Assembly: GCA_016177405.1 (NCBI GenBank)
Contig: JACOVG010000012.1
Span: forward strand, 5,385-69,384
Direction of reading: 5' to 3'
DNA: 64,000 nt
Source: Candidatus Omnitrophota bacterium
GTDB taxonomy: Bacteria; Omnitrophota; Gorgyraeia; 1-14-0-20-64-10
The position numbers and the translations under genes were made by a program. The notes under the pieces were generated by a model that had not been told where the DNA came from, searched no databases, and was given only the letters and a program-made list of their open reading frames with translations. Numbering within the stretch: position 1 is the stretch's first letter; the number at the start of each line of letters is the position of its first letter. Positions 12,516 through 27,500 of the stretch are shown one piece after another.

Positions 12516-13808
12516 ATGACCCCCGCCCCCGCCAAAGACCTCCCCGTCCGCGCGACCTTAAAGGAGCTTTCCCCCTGCGAGAAACAGCTCGCGGTGGAGG
12601 TCCCGGCCGAGTCTGTCCGTGAGGAGGAAGAGGCCGTCTATCAGGATCTCAAAAGGGTGGCCCGGGTCCCCGGCTTCCGGGTGGGCCACGCCCCGGCCGA
12701 CCTCATCCAGCGCTACCACGGGGACAAGGCCCGGGAGGAGCTGATTCAACGCCTGGTCAACCGGTCGCTCGACGCGGCCCTGCAGGAGAAGGGCCCCCTG
12801 GATCTGGTGGGCCGCCCGGTGATTTCCGAATTGAAGCTGGCCGCCGGCGGGGGGACGCTCACCTACGTCGCCAAGCTGGAGATCGCCCCGAGGGTTCCGG
12901 TGGGCCGGTACAAGAAGCTGCGGCTCACCCGGCGCTCGGCCGCGATCACCGAGAGCGCGGTCGAGCAAGTGGTGAAACAGCTTCAGGAGCACCACGGGGA
13001 ATTGAGGCCCATCCTGGAGAATCGGGCCGTCCGGGCGGGCGACTTTCTCCTGGCGGATCTGACCCAGACCCCGGCGGGAAAGGCCCCGGAGAAGAAAAGG
13101 GATCTTCTCCTGTCGGTGGCGCCGGAGCCGGAGAAGGAATCCGAGGGGATCTCCAAGGATCTCCTGGGAATGACCCCGGGCCAGAAGCGGGAGATTCATC
13201 TTAAGGATTCCACCGCGCTGGTGGTGGAGCTGAAGGCGATCAAGGAGAAGGTTCTGCCGCCCGTGGACGACGCGCTGGCGCAGGCCGCGGGCTCTTTCCA
13301 GACGCTCGCGGATCTCAAGGCGCAAGTCCGCAAGGAGCTCACCGAGCGCGCCCAGGCCGGCCAGCGGCAGGCGCTGGAATCGCAGGCGCTGGAGGAGCTC
13401 CTCGCGAGCTGGAGCTTCGAGGTCCCTCCCTCCCTCGTGGCCTCGCAGGCCAAGAGACTGCTCAAGGAGAATACCCTGGAGCTCATCTCGCGGGGGGTCA
13501 AGCCCGAGGAGGTGGAGGGGCGCTCCAAGCTCCTGACCGAGCAGGCCAAGCGGGACGCCTTGAAGGACGTGAGGATCTTCTTCATCCTGCGCGCGGTCGC
13601 CAAAGCCGAGGGGCTGTCGGCCACCGAGGAAGAGCTGAACCAGCGGGTCGAGGCGCTGTCCAAACGGTTGAACTTGACCCCGGAGGAGGTTCGCAAGGAC
13701 CTGGAAGCGAGGGAGCTTTTGGAGGGGATGGCCTGGTCCATCACCCGGGCCAAGATTTTGGATCTCATCATTCGTGAAGCGGAAATTGAAGAGGAGAAAA
13801 TCAGATGA
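12516..13808 (+). CDS. tig: Trigger factor
   Basis: PGFRVGHAP (compare GFRKGKVP), domain order and length of 430 aa, position upstream of clpP. Confidence 0.8.
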   Translation: MTPAPAKDLPVRATLKELSPCEKQLAVEVPAESVREEEEAVYQDLKRVARVPGFRVGHAPADLIQRYHGDKAREELIQRLVNRSLDAALQEKGPLDLVGRPVISELKLAAGGGTLTYVAKLEIAPRVPVGRYKKLRLTRRSAAITESAVEQVVKQLQEHHGELRPILENRAVRAGDFLLADLTQTPAGKAPEKKRDLLLSVAPEPEKESEGISKDLLGMTPGQKREIHLKDSTALVVELKAIKEKVLPPVDDALAQAAGSFQTLADLKAQVRKELTERAQAGQRQALESQALEELLASWSFEVPPSLVASQAKRLLKENTLELISRGVKPEEVEGRSKLLTEQAKRDALKDVRIFFILRAVAKAEGLSATEEELNQRVEALSKRLNLTPEEVRKDLEARELLEGMAWSITRAKILDLIIREAEIEEEKIR

Positions 13809-14407
13809 CCGAGCGCAGCCAAACGTTGGTTCCCATGGTGGTGGAGCAGACCGGCCGGGGCGAGCGGGCCTACGACATCTATTCCCGGCTTCTCAAGGAC
13901 CGGATCGTCTTCATCGGTTCGGTGGTGGACGACCTGATGGCCAACCTGGTGATTGCCCAGATGCTCTTCCTTCAGATGGAGGATTCCAACAAGGAGATCA
14001 ACGTCTACGTGAACTCCCCGGGCGGCTCGGTGACGGCGGGGCTGGCCATCTACGACACGATGCAGTTCATGAAGCCCGACGTGGCCACCTACTGCATGGG
14101 ACAGGCAAGCTCGATGGGCGCCCTCCTGTTGTGCGCCGGCGCCAAGGGCAAGCGCTTCAGTCTGCCCCACGCCCGCATCATGATCCATCAGCCCTGGGGC
14201 GGGGTGCAGGGGGCCGCCGCCGACATCTCGATCCAGGCCAAGGAGATCCTCCGCCTGCGCGACCGGATCAACGAGATCCTGTCCCTGCACACCGGGCAGA
14301 GCCTGGAGCGGGTCGCCAAAGACACCGACCGGGATTTCTTCATGTCCGCCGATGAGGCCAAGGAGTACGGCTTGATTGACGAGGTGATCCGAGGCAAGAA
14401 AAAATGA
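13805..14407 (+). CDS. clpP: ATP-dependent Clp protease proteolytic subunit
   Basis: [24 protein letters not shown], catalytic-Ser motif [19 protein letters not shown]. Confidence 0.95.
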   Translation: MTERSQTLVPMVVEQTGRGERAYDIYSRLLKDRIVFIGSVVDDLMANLVIAQMLFLQMEDSNKEINVYVNSPGGSVTAGLAIYDTMQFMKPDVATYCMGQASSMGALLLCAGAKGKRFSLPHARIMIHQPWGGVQGAAADISIQAKEILRLRDRINEILSLHTGQSLERVAKDTDRDFFMSADEAKEYGLIDEVIRGKKK

Positions 14408-15573
14408 CCGAGCAAGCGAACCTTAATTCCAAGCTCGGTCATCCCGAGCGAAGCGAGGGATCTCATGACCCCATCCTCTTAACGCCGGGCCCCACCATCG
14501 TGCCGCCCGAGGTCCGCCAGGCCCTGGGCCGCCCGATGGTCCATCACCGGACGGCGGAGTTCAGGGCCGTCCTGCAGGAGGTGGAGTCGGGCCTTAAGGC
14601 GCTCTTTAAAACCTCGGAGCTCGTGCTGATTTTGACCAGCTCCGGCACCGGCGCCATGGAGGCGGCGGCCGTGAATCTCCTTTCGGCGGGCGACGAAGCC
14701 CTCGTGATCCAGGGGGGCAAGTTCGGCGAGCGCTGGCGCGAGATCTGCGAGGCCTACGGCGTGAAGGTGATCGCGGTCGATCCCCCGTGGGGAAAGCCTC
14801 TGCCGCCGCGCCTGATCTCGGAGGCCCTGCGCCAGCACCCCGGCGCGCGGGCGGTCTTCGCCACCCTGTGCGAGACCTCCACCGGGGTGGCCTACGACCT
14901 CAAGGCCATCCGCCAGGCGATGGGAGATTGCGAGGCGCTTCTGGTGGTGGACGCGATCAGCGGCCTTCTGGCCGAGCCCTTTGACATGGATGCCTCTGGC
15001 GTGGACGCGGCGGTCTGCGGCTCCCAGAAGGGGATGATGCTCCCGCCGGGCCTGGCCTTCATCGCCCTAAGCCCGCGGGCTTGGGAGGCGGCCAAATCTT
15101 CCCGCCTGCCCAAGTATTACTTCAACCTTCTGAAGGCGCGCGCCAGCTGGGAGAAGGAGATGGACACCCCCTTCACGCCGGCCATCACCCTTTTGGTGGG
15201 CTTGAACGAGTCGCTCAAAAAGATTCAGGGGCAGGGCGGGGTGGACCGGTTCGTCCAGCGGCATCAGGGGCAGGCCCAGGCGCTTCGCCAAAGCCTGCAG
15301 GCGCTGGGCCTTCAGCTTTACGCGGACCCGGCCTGCGCCTCCAACGCCGTGACCGCCGTGAAGGTCCCGGACGGGGTCAACGGCAAGGATCTCATCTCAA
15401 AGATCAAGAAGCAGGGCATCACGGTGGCCGGCGGCCAGGGCAAGGAGCTCTCGGGCAAGATCTTCCGGATCGCCTCCATGGGGGTGGTCGGCTCCGCAGA
15501 GCTCGACCGGTGCCTTCAGGCGCTCACCCAGGCGCTGACCGAATTGGGCTGGAAGGCGCCCTCCCATGGCTGA
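14404..15573 (+). CDS. serC: Class V PLP aminotransferase, probable phosphoserine aminotransferase (paired with serA). The N-terminal 23 aa are encoded by a REP-like repeat.
   Basis: [27 protein letters not shown], Lys block [12 protein letters not shown]. Directly upstream of serA with a 4-nt overlap. Confidence 0.6.
   Translation: MTEQANLNSKLGHPERSEGSHDPILLTPGPTIVPPEVRQALGRPMVHHRTAEFRAVLQEVESGLKALFKTSELVLILTSSGTGAMEAAAVNLLSAGDEALVIQGGKFGERWREICEAYGVKVIAVDPPWGKPLPPRLISEALRQHPGARAVFATLCETSTGVAYDLKAIRQAMGDCEALLVVDAISGLLAEPFDMDASGVDAAVCGSQKGMMLPPGLAFIALSPRAWEAAKSSRLPKYYFNLLKARASWEKEMDTPFTPAITLLVGLNESLKKIQGQGGVDRFVQRHQGQAQALRQSLQALGLQLYADPACASNAVTAVKVPDGVNGKDLISKIKKQGITVAGGQGKELSGKIFRIASMGVVGSAELDRCLQALTQALTELGWKAPSHG
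14436..14472. repeat. REP-like short repeat, copy 1 (CGGTCATCCCGAGCGAAGCGAGGGATCTCATGACC), lying in the first 70 nt of the serC ORF
   Basis: Shares CGGTCATCCCGAG and CGAGGGATCTC blocks with the copies at 39662 and 40972. Outer arms GGTCAT/ATGACC are complementary. Confidence 0.6.
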
Positions 15574-17161
15574 TCCCATCCGCATCCTGGTGACCGACCC
15601 TCTCTCGGACGAGGGGGTCCAGCTGCTGAAATCGTCCGATCGGATCACGGTGGACGTCAAGACCAAACTGCCCCCGGCCGAGCTCATCGGTTTGATCGGC
15701 GGCTACGAGGGCCTCGTGGTCCGCTCCGGCACCCAGGTGACCCGGGAGGTGCTGTTGGCGGCCAAGCGCCTCAAGGTGATCGGCCGGGCCGGCGCGGGCC
15801 TGGACAACATCGATCTGGAGACCGCCTCCAAGCAGGGGATCATCGTGATGAACGCCGCCGGCGGCAACACGATCTCCACCGCCGAGCACGCGATGAGCCT
15901 CCTCATGAGCCTCGCCCGCAACATCCCGCAGGCCACCCAGTCGATCAAGGAGGGCCAGTGGAACCGGACCAAGTTCACCGGGGTGGAGCTGTTCGGAAAA
16001 TTCCTGGGCATTGTGGGGCTGGGCCGGGTGGGCACCGAGGTGGCCAAGAGGGCGCTTGCCTACGGGATGAGGCTCGTGGTCTACGATCCCTATCTTTCGC
16101 AGGAGCGGGTCCGGGAGCTGGACGCCCATCCGGCGAAGGATTTGAAGGAGCTCTTCGCCCAGGCCGACTTCATCACCATCCATACCCCGCTCTCCGACGA
16201 AACCCGCCAGCTCATCGGGGAGCGCGAGCTGGCCCTGATGAAAAAGGGAGTCCGGATCGTGAACTGCGCCCGGGGCGGGATCATCAACGAGGCGGCCCTG
16301 GCCGACGCCATCCGATCCGGCCACGTGGCCGGCGCGGCGCTGGATGTTTTTGAGAAGGAGCCCCCCACCTGCAAGGAGCTCCTCGCCCTGCCGCAGGTGG
16401 TGGCCACCCCCCACCTCGGGGCCTCCACGGTGGAGGCCCAGCTCTCGGTGGCCACCGACATCGCCCTTTGCGTGCGGGACTGCCTCCTGGGCCGCGGGGT
16501 GCGAAACGCCGTGAACTTTCCCTCGGTTGACCCGGAGGTTCTGGCCCTGATCGACCCCTACCTCAAGCTCGTCGAGAAGATGGGCGCCATGCACGCCCAG
16601 CTTGCCGAGGGTTCCCCCCGGGAGATCAGGATCCGCTACGTCGGGGAGATCACCCGCCTGTCCCTGGCCCCGGTGACGGTCGCCTTCATCAAGGGGCTGC
16701 TCACCCCGGCTTTGCAGGAGACGGTGAACTACGTCAACGCCGGCGTCATCGCCAAGGAGCGCGGCATCAAGGTGATCGAGTCCAAGGCCACCGAGGCGCA
16801 GGACTTCGCCAACCTGATCGCCACCACCCTGGAGACCGACCGCGGCCGGACCGAGATCCACGGCACCCTCTTCACCCGGACCGACCCGCGGATCGTCCGG
16901 ATCGACGATTTCTACATGGATGCCGTCGCCTCCGGCTCGGTCCTGGTGATCCGCAACCAGGACAAGCCCGGCATGATCGGCCGGGTGGGCAGCGCCTTGG
17001 GGGCGCGCGGGATCAACATCGCCTGGATGACCTTCGGCCGGAAGGCCCAGGGGGGCGAGGCGATGACCGTCCTCAATGTGGATCAGCCGGTCTCCCCCGA
17101 GGTGCTGGCCGAGCTCGCGAAGCTTCCCGACGTCCTCGGCGTCAAACTGGTCAAGCTCTAA
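15566..17161 (+). CDS. serA: D-3-phosphoglycerate dehydrogenase with C-terminal ASB/ACT domains
   Basis: NAD-binding GIVGLGRVG, catalytic blocks of 2-hydroxyacid dehydrogenases, long-form C-terminus ending in an ACT domain (VLVIRNQDKPGMIGRVGSALG). Confidence 0.9.
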   Translation: MADPIRILVTDPLSDEGVQLLKSSDRITVDVKTKLPPAELIGLIGGYEGLVVRSGTQVTREVLLAAKRLKVIGRAGAGLDNIDLETASKQGIIVMNAAGGNTISTAEHAMSLLMSLARNIPQATQSIKEGQWNRTKFTGVELFGKFLGIVGLGRVGTEVAKRALAYGMRLVVYDPYLSQERVRELDAHPAKDLKELFAQADFITIHTPLSDETRQLIGERELALMKKGVRIVNCARGGIINEAALADAIRSGHVAGAALDVFEKEPPTCKELLALPQVVATPHLGASTVEAQLSVATDIALCVRDCLLGRGVRNAVNFPSVDPEVLALIDPYLKLVEKMGAMHAQLAEGSPREIRIRYVGEITRLSLAPVTVAFIKGLLTPALQETVNYVNAGVIAKERGIKVIESKATEAQDFANLIATTLETDRGRTEIHGTLFTRTDPRIVRIDDFYMDAVASGSVLVIRNQDKPGMIGRVGSALGARGINIAWMTFGRKAQGGEAMTVLNVDQPVSPEVLAELAKLPDVLGVKLVKL

Positions 17162-17171
17162 GATTTCCTGA

Positions 17172-20682
<3,511 letters not shown>

Positions 20683-20704
20683 ACAAAAACAGTGAGGTGC
20701 CGGC

Positions 20705-21328
20705 ATGAAGAATAAGTTTTGGGTGTTGGTTTTTCTTGTCCTTTTCGGCTGGGCGGCCTTGAGTTTCGCCCAGGAGACCGTCTGGCTGGACGACGCCGTG
20801 GCCCCCGGTGGTGCCACCGAAGGCAGCTGGCTCTGGGAGGATTCCGCCGAGGCCAGCGGCGGCAAGGCCCACGCGCATCCCTCGGCCAAGGGCCAGCAGT
20901 CTCACGGCATCGGCTTGGCGCCCGCCCTCCTGCCGGCCAACGGCATGATCAGCCAGACGGTCTGGCTGGACCCCCAGGACCCGCCCCGGGGGATCATGCT
21001 CAAGGTGAAAACCGAGACCGGCGAGGAAGCCGGCGTCTACTGGGAAGGGGAAGAGGAGGTCTTTGTCCCGGCCGACGAGGAGGAGGTTTTCTACTACGGC
21101 CTTCTGCCCGAGCTGGGCAAGTGGGTCACACTGGAGGTGCTGGCCGAGGATTTGGGGCTGGAGGACGAAAAGATCGCCCAGATCACCTTTGTGACCTTTG
21201 ACGGCCGGGTTTTGTGGGACAAAACGGTCCTCACCGAGGCGCCACCGGCCGAGGAGGTCGAGTTCTTCCCGGATCTTTCCCCGCCGGTTCCGCAGGAAGA
21301 GGCCCCGCTCCCGGGGAATATTGAATAG
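20705..21328 (+). CDS. Secreted hypothetical protein (signal peptide, acidic, Pro-rich C-terminus)
   Basis: Signal peptide MKNKFWVLVFLVLFGWAALSFA-QE, RBS GAGGTG upstream. No recognisable domain. Confidence 0.55.
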   Translation: MKNKFWVLVFLVLFGWAALSFAQETVWLDDAVAPGGATEGSWLWEDSAEASGGKAHAHPSAKGQQSHGIGLAPALLPANGMISQTVWLDPQDPPRGIMLKVKTETGEEAGVYWEGEEEVFVPADEEEVFYYGLLPELGKWVTLEVLAEDLGLEDEKIAQITFVTFDGRVLWDKTVLTEAPPAEEVEFFPDLSPPVPQEEAPLPGNIE

Positions 21329-21433
21329 TAGAGGGTTTCATATTTTGCAAATGTTAATGGTAATTGAGTTTTTGATAGGAGATATTGACAACCCCCGCGT
21401 CCATCAGATAAACTCCCTTACGTAGTCGATTCA

Positions 21434-21469
21434 ACACCCTGGGTCCGTCCCATAGCGGGCCCAGGGTGT
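21434..21469 (+). promoter_or_regulatory. Strong hairpin (14-bp stem with one G-U, 8-nt loop) in the AT-richer leader 50 nt upstream of the giant gene 1 start
   Basis: ACACCCTGGGTCCG-tcccatag-CGGGCCCAGGGTGT. No U-tract follows. Confidence 0.5.
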
Positions 21470-21517
21470 CCGTCTATATGGAATAGATGAGGGTTTAAAG
21501 AAGCTTTTATCTCCCCG

Positions 21518-24500
21518 ATGAAGCCAAACCTGAATCAGGAAGAAAGTCGGTGTCAGACACCGAAACCGGTGTCTGACACCGTTGTTCCTCGCCTCTTCCT
21601 TAATAAGCGACCCCTCGCCCTCCTGCTCGTCCTCACCTCCCTCACCACCTGGGCTTGCCCCGCTTTTGCCCTGCGCCCGGCCGCCCCCAAGGAATCCGGC
21701 CTCGAGGAAGAGCTCTCCCGGACCCTCACTTCAGCCCCCGCTCGCCCTGAACTTGTCGCAGGGCCCGCCTCCGGCCTGGAGGAATGGAGTGACCGTTTTC
21801 ATTTCATAATCTTTCCAGAGGGAGATCGAGACGACCGGGCAATCGCTACTGGGTTTGGTCCTGCCGATCATACCCTCTGGATCCGAATCATCCAGAGTGA
21901 CGGTTTCACCTCTCGTCTTGGGTTCCAAGTAAAGGACCCTTCAGAAAGAGCCTTCCCCGGAGAAGTTCTGGTTTTACCTGGCAGGACCATAGGGAATTTG
22001 CTCCGGAAGACGGTGCCACAAAGAGATCTTTGGCGCGCTTGGGATATAGGAGTAGATAAGCTCACCCCTTACAAGCGCCGGAGTGAACTCGCGGCTTTCC
22101 TGGCGCGTTATCCGGAATTTTGGAAGGCGGTCCAAAAACAAAAGGCGTTAGCCATCGCGGGAGGCCGCGACGAGCAGGCCCTAAGTTTCCAAAGTGGCGA
22201 TTACGCCGTCCTTTTCTATACCCCCGGGGAGGATCCGGCCCAGTGGAAAATCTTTGCAGATCTTTCGGCCAATCCGCATCGCGATGATCAGCCAGTCACC
22301 TTAACATTCTCCGTTTCGCCTCGCCACGAGTTCAATCGAAAAAGTGTTTACCTGAAGCGGCGGGGTCTCCCGTCATCTTCTGCCCAACCTTTCTCGCAAC
22401 GGCAGACTCTTACCCATCAGCGCGCCCCTAACCCCCCCTCCGGCCTGGAGGAGCTGGGGGCGAGATTGGCCGAGATTCCATTGTCGGCCGGACTGACAAA
22501 ACTTTTTCAAGGCCTGGGCCAGACCCAGCCCGACATGGTGGATCGGTTTCTGACCATCCAGGAATCGGCAAAGAAGCAATGGCTGGCGATTCTTGAGAAG
22601 CATCCCGGCGAGCTGAAGATGGCCGTGGTTATTCCCGCCTACTCGAGGGGTGTGGACCGGATTCGATCGCAGGACTCGCTGACGCTGAAGCTTCTGCAGC
22701 TTAAGAAGCTGGCCGAAGCGGATACCCGGGGCCGTGTCCGATTCGTGATCTACGTGGTGGATGACAAGCCGGAGGCAGGACTTCAGGCGGAGGTGGATCG
22801 GGCCCGGCAAGCGGCAGGGGTGACTCCAGAAGGGCCTGTTCAGGTCCGATACCTCCGATTGCAGGACGCCGTGGACAAGCGGCGTCCGGATCTCAAGGAT
22901 CTATGGTTCGACCTCGTGCCGGGGGAGCAGGGCTCCAGAAGAAGCATCAAGTGGGGCGCGGTGAGATACGGCATGAGTGTCGCGGTGGAAGAAGGAGCCC
23001 GGGTGGTCGGCATGACCGACGCCGATTCCAACCAGCAAGCCTCCGAGCTTCCCAACCTCTTCGCGCCCATTCTCTTGGAGGATCGCGCGGCGGCCGTCGG
23101 ATCCCGCTTCTTAAATGGATCTGCTTCAAACAACGATCAGATCGGCCCCCACAACTTCATTGAATATTTCCTCTATAACCCCCTGGTCAAGCTCGCCATG
23201 CCGGAGATCGCTCCCATCGAAGATCTCCAGTCGGGACTCAAGGCCTTTTCGGCGAAGTTCCTGAAGGCCGCTCTGCCCAAGATGGCTACCCACAAGTTTG
23301 CCGGAGATTCGGAACTGCTGTTTTTGATGGCTCAAGCGGGCGGCCGCATCGCCGAGGTTCCCCGGTCCGAAATCGAGGAAAGCCCCGGCCAAAGCGCGGT
23401 AAATCCCGCCAGCTACATGAGCTTTGTTGAGCAACTAAAACTGCAACTGGTCCTGCACGCCGGCGGAAGAGGATTCCCGCCCGCCGCTTCAAGGTTTGGC
23501 CGGGCGATTCAAGGTCTCAACGTTGGTTTTTGGACGGCGCAGCGCCGCCGTTTCGAGCAGGCGCTGAATGAGGTGCAGGCGGGAAGGAAAACGCATGCCG
23601 AGGTAGAAGGGTTGTTACACGACCTCCTTTTCCCCGCCACGGGCCTGGAGGAGGGGGAGGAGTTCACCGGCGAGGCCCATCCGGGCGATATCATCTGGAA
23701 TCCGAACGACCCGCAGGGGATCCGGTACGTGGTGGATCGCCTGGAGGGCGGCAGGGTCGTCGCCCACCCGGAGAAGGAGCCGAAAGCCGTCGTCCGATTT
23801 CACCCGGATGCGCTGAAGCGCGATTTCAAACGCGCCTCTCCTCCCCTCAAGACGCTGAAAGAGCGGGCCGCTCAAGTCCCAGCCGAGGTTCAGGAGCTTT
23901 CCATCCGCGGGGGGCGCCGGCTGGAAAAACAACGGGCGGCCTTTTATCGAATTCAGGATCTGATTGGGCAGGACCCAGAGGTCTTGAGGCGGCTGAAGTC
24001 TGTTCGGGTGGGGGCCAAGGTGGTTTTATACGGCGCTACCTCCGAGGAGCTTTCTCACTTCCAGGGATTGGGCCTTGAGCCCGCCGATTACGATTTTGTT
24101 TTGCTGGAGCCGGTCTCGAACCCGGGAATGGCCGGCGATTTGGTGAAGAAGGCTTGGATGAAGGCCTCGGTGGTCTTCGCGGGGATTTCGGTGATGGACT
24201 TCATCACCCTGGTCCAGCCGCCGGGCGTTGCCGGCAGCAAGGAGAGACTTCCGTTTCCCGATTGGGCCGACCCGGCAAAACCGCTCACCGTGGTGGATCA
24301 ATTTCCTGAAGGAGCCGCCGCATACCTGGCCAAGGCGGAGCGGGTGATCTCCGGAGGGCCTTCTCACAGCGGGGCCAGAGTTGCCTGGCAGACGCTGGGA
24401 GGCGGGGTCCAGGGGCTGGGTAAGCGGGGAGATGTCCGGGTTTCTCATGTCTCCCGCGTGGGCGAAGGGACAGAAGGAGAGAAGCTCCTGGTTTCTCTGC

Positions 24501-27500
24501 GGGATTTAAGAGAGTCGGGGGAAGGGGTGGAGGTCTCCGGAATGAAGCCGGCCAAAGGAAGGGTGAATGCCTCCACGCTGGTTCTCTCCCAGCCCGAGGG
24601 AAAGCGCAATTTCATCCACCAGCTGGGGGCCAGCAACGAGCTTACCCCAGCCGATGTCCCGGACTCGGCTTTCCAGGGCGAGATCTTCTCCCTTCACGGG
24701 TCGGAGCTCGCCCAGAGGTTCATGAAGGGCGGGAAAGGGGTGATCGCGCTCCTGGAAAGAGCCAAGGCAGCCGGAGCCATCACGACCTGGGACACCGTCG
24801 TGGATCCCTTTCAACATTGGGGTTCGGGGAATCTCTCCGACAGAGATTTCGAAAAACTCCTTTCCCTCATCGACGTCTTCACCCCGTCGTTTGGGGAGGC
24901 GCTTGACATCATCCGCTTGCGGGAGGGGCTTTCCGATGCCCAGGTAAAGAAGTGGGCCCCCAGCCAGGCGGCGCGCTATTTTCTGGACCGCGGTTCCGAG
25001 GCCCTCTTCCTGAAGCTGGACGAGAAGGGGTCGCTCATCTGGACCACCCAGCGTTCCATCTTTGGCAGGCCGGCCCATTTCAGGATGCCGGTTCTCTGGG
25101 GCTTGAAGAAGAGGGACGGCACCGGAACCGGCGACGCCTACTCCGCCGCGGTCATCGTCGGCATCCTCATGGACTGGCCGGTGGAAAAGATTGCCCGGGT
25201 GGCCACCGCCGCCGGCGGGCTCGTTCTGGAAAATTACGGCGGGACCCTGGGGGATTACACCTTCCCCGACGTCCTCAAAGCGGCCGAGCGTCTTGAGGGC
25301 CAGATCGACGTGAAGATGGCTCTGGATTACCCGACTCTCTCCCTTTGGGAGGTGAGGCCTGGCGGGACCTCCGCGGGCTTTCCAGAGGGGCTCCTTCCGG
25401 AGGCCAAACCGGAATTGGATACCCTGCTTCTTCTGGCGGTGAGGCCTGATGAGGCGATCGCGGTGGCCGAAGGCCAGCCGGACGACCATCTTGCTAGAGG
25501 TCCTGTCGACAGGTTAAGGGTGCGCCTGAATGGGCGAACCGGCCCTCTTTCGCCGTCTGAAGAAGCGCTGGCCGAAGCCGTCCAGCGAGAGCCCCGCTTG
25601 GGTTCCACCCGCTCCACCCAGGAGCAGAGCGATCTTTTGACCTACATCGCAAGCGCTCTCCTCATTCCCCCCGCCATCGATGACCCCTCCGCTGCCGGCT
25701 TGGAGGAAAAGAATCGCAAGCCGGAGGCTGCCTCGGCGGTCTGGGACGGTTTGACCGTTGACCAGGCAGCGGAAATGCTTTTTGCTTACCGCCTGCGGAA
25801 GTCTTTGTACGCTGGTCGGAAGATCTTCCCCGTGGCCGGCAGTAAATCTTTTTTGGACACGATGTTCAACGGAGAGATCCGCAGCTGGCTGCAGACGGTA
25901 GCGAATGGTCATCCAAACGAATCGCTGAAACTTGTCGATGATGGCACGACCGTTTACGCCAGCTCTTCCGCCACGGGCCTGGAGGAGGGGGGCCAGGAGA
26001 AGGTTCAGAACGAGGTTCAGGAGGCCCTCTTGAGATTCCAGGGGCTCTTGTCCCACGCGACCAGCAAGGATTTGCACGTTTTGAGCCCCCAGACGCTCAA
26101 ACGGCTCCCGGATCTCCAAGGCTTAGGCGGCTTTGGTTTATTCCTGTTGCCTGACTCGAAGTTGCCGTTAGATCAGCTTCCGGGAGCAATAAAGAGGCGG
26201 TTGGGCAGAAGGCCCAAGGCCAATTTCTACGGCGCCGGAGCGGAAACCACTATCCTGGGGCTTGCCGCCCCGGGAGCGGGCGGTAGGTCTGGCTGGCTCA
26301 ATCTGGTTGTTGCAGGCAATGGGACGCTCGAGGAGTTCCTAGCAGGAACCCTGCTTCCCGGCTTGGGCATTCCCGACAAGCACTGGAAGGGCGAGGATGA
26401 TCTCGCGCAGATTGCGCTCGACCTGTGGACGCTGGCTCCTGCGCGAGCTGCCGGGCTGGAGGAAAAGCCCCAAACGGAGGACCAAGAGGACGAGTGGGGC
26501 GGGGTGGTTCGGCTGAATCTCTATGCCGAGCCGGATAGGGACGACCGGATTGTTATTTATAATCTCGGAGGCAGCCGCGCCGTCTGGGTCAAGTGGCTGA
26601 AAACAGAAAATCCCTCCAGGATCAGCGTAGGTTTCCTCGCGGCCGATGCCGGAGGAAGGCATTTGCCGGGCGATGTCGTCGTGCTAAGCGGGGAAACCGT
26701 CCAGCGCGCCCTGGATGAAGCCCAGAGCCCTCAATGGATCTGGCCGGCTTCCAATCGAATCCCGGATCTTCGCGACCCGGGAATCCGCGTCGCCATTCGG
26801 AAGGCAATGGAAAAGCGCCTGTCCGAAGCGAAGGCAAGTTTCCTCCAAGTCCCTCCTGCTCCTCAAGAGATGGAATTCAGGGATGGAGGCTACGCCGTTG
26901 TCTTTGACACCGCCGGAGATGACCCCTCAAGCTGGCGCCCCGTGGCCGACCTTTCCGTTCTTCCGAAAAACCAGAGGAAAATAGAGCTCGTTTTATCGGC
27001 TTTAGGTGAGGTGAACCTCGACAGAAAGAGCCAGAGCCAATTTCACCAGGAAAACGACCAACCCGCCGTTGATCCCTGGGGCTCGGTTTCCTCGCCTCTC
27101 GTGAGCGGCGACGCCTGGAGGAGGAAAGTCCAAAGCCAGCTCGATGATTACGTGACCGTGGTGCAAGCCCCGCCTCAAGGGCACGAGGAAAGGGATCCGG
27201 ATTTTCCCTCCAAAGAATTGCTCGAGGGCGTTCATTCTATAGAGGGAAGCTTGAAGGATGGAAAGGGGCCGGCGGTTGCCGAGGTCATCCGAAAAGTCCG
27301 CGGGAACTTAAGGGCGCTGGAAAGAGGAGGCCGGATTTCTCCTGTGGATTTCGAAGCCCTGGATGATCTTCTGGAGACAGCCGTGATCGAAGCCGAGCGT
27401 CCCCGCCGCCTTCCCGCCGGCCCTTCGGCTGTCCCCCCTCGGCCCCTCGATGAGAAAGAGGCCCCCCCAAGTGAATTCGCGGAGGGCATCCCCCTCGGCC

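Noticed and set aside
21518-21620. Possibility that the giant gene 1 start at 21518 is wrong because a strong palindrome sits at codons 11-21
   Set aside because: No ATG, GTG or TTG in frame between the palindrome and the hydrophobic signal segment. Upstream in-frame stops limit extension. The 21518 start is kept, and the palindrome is reported as a finding instead.
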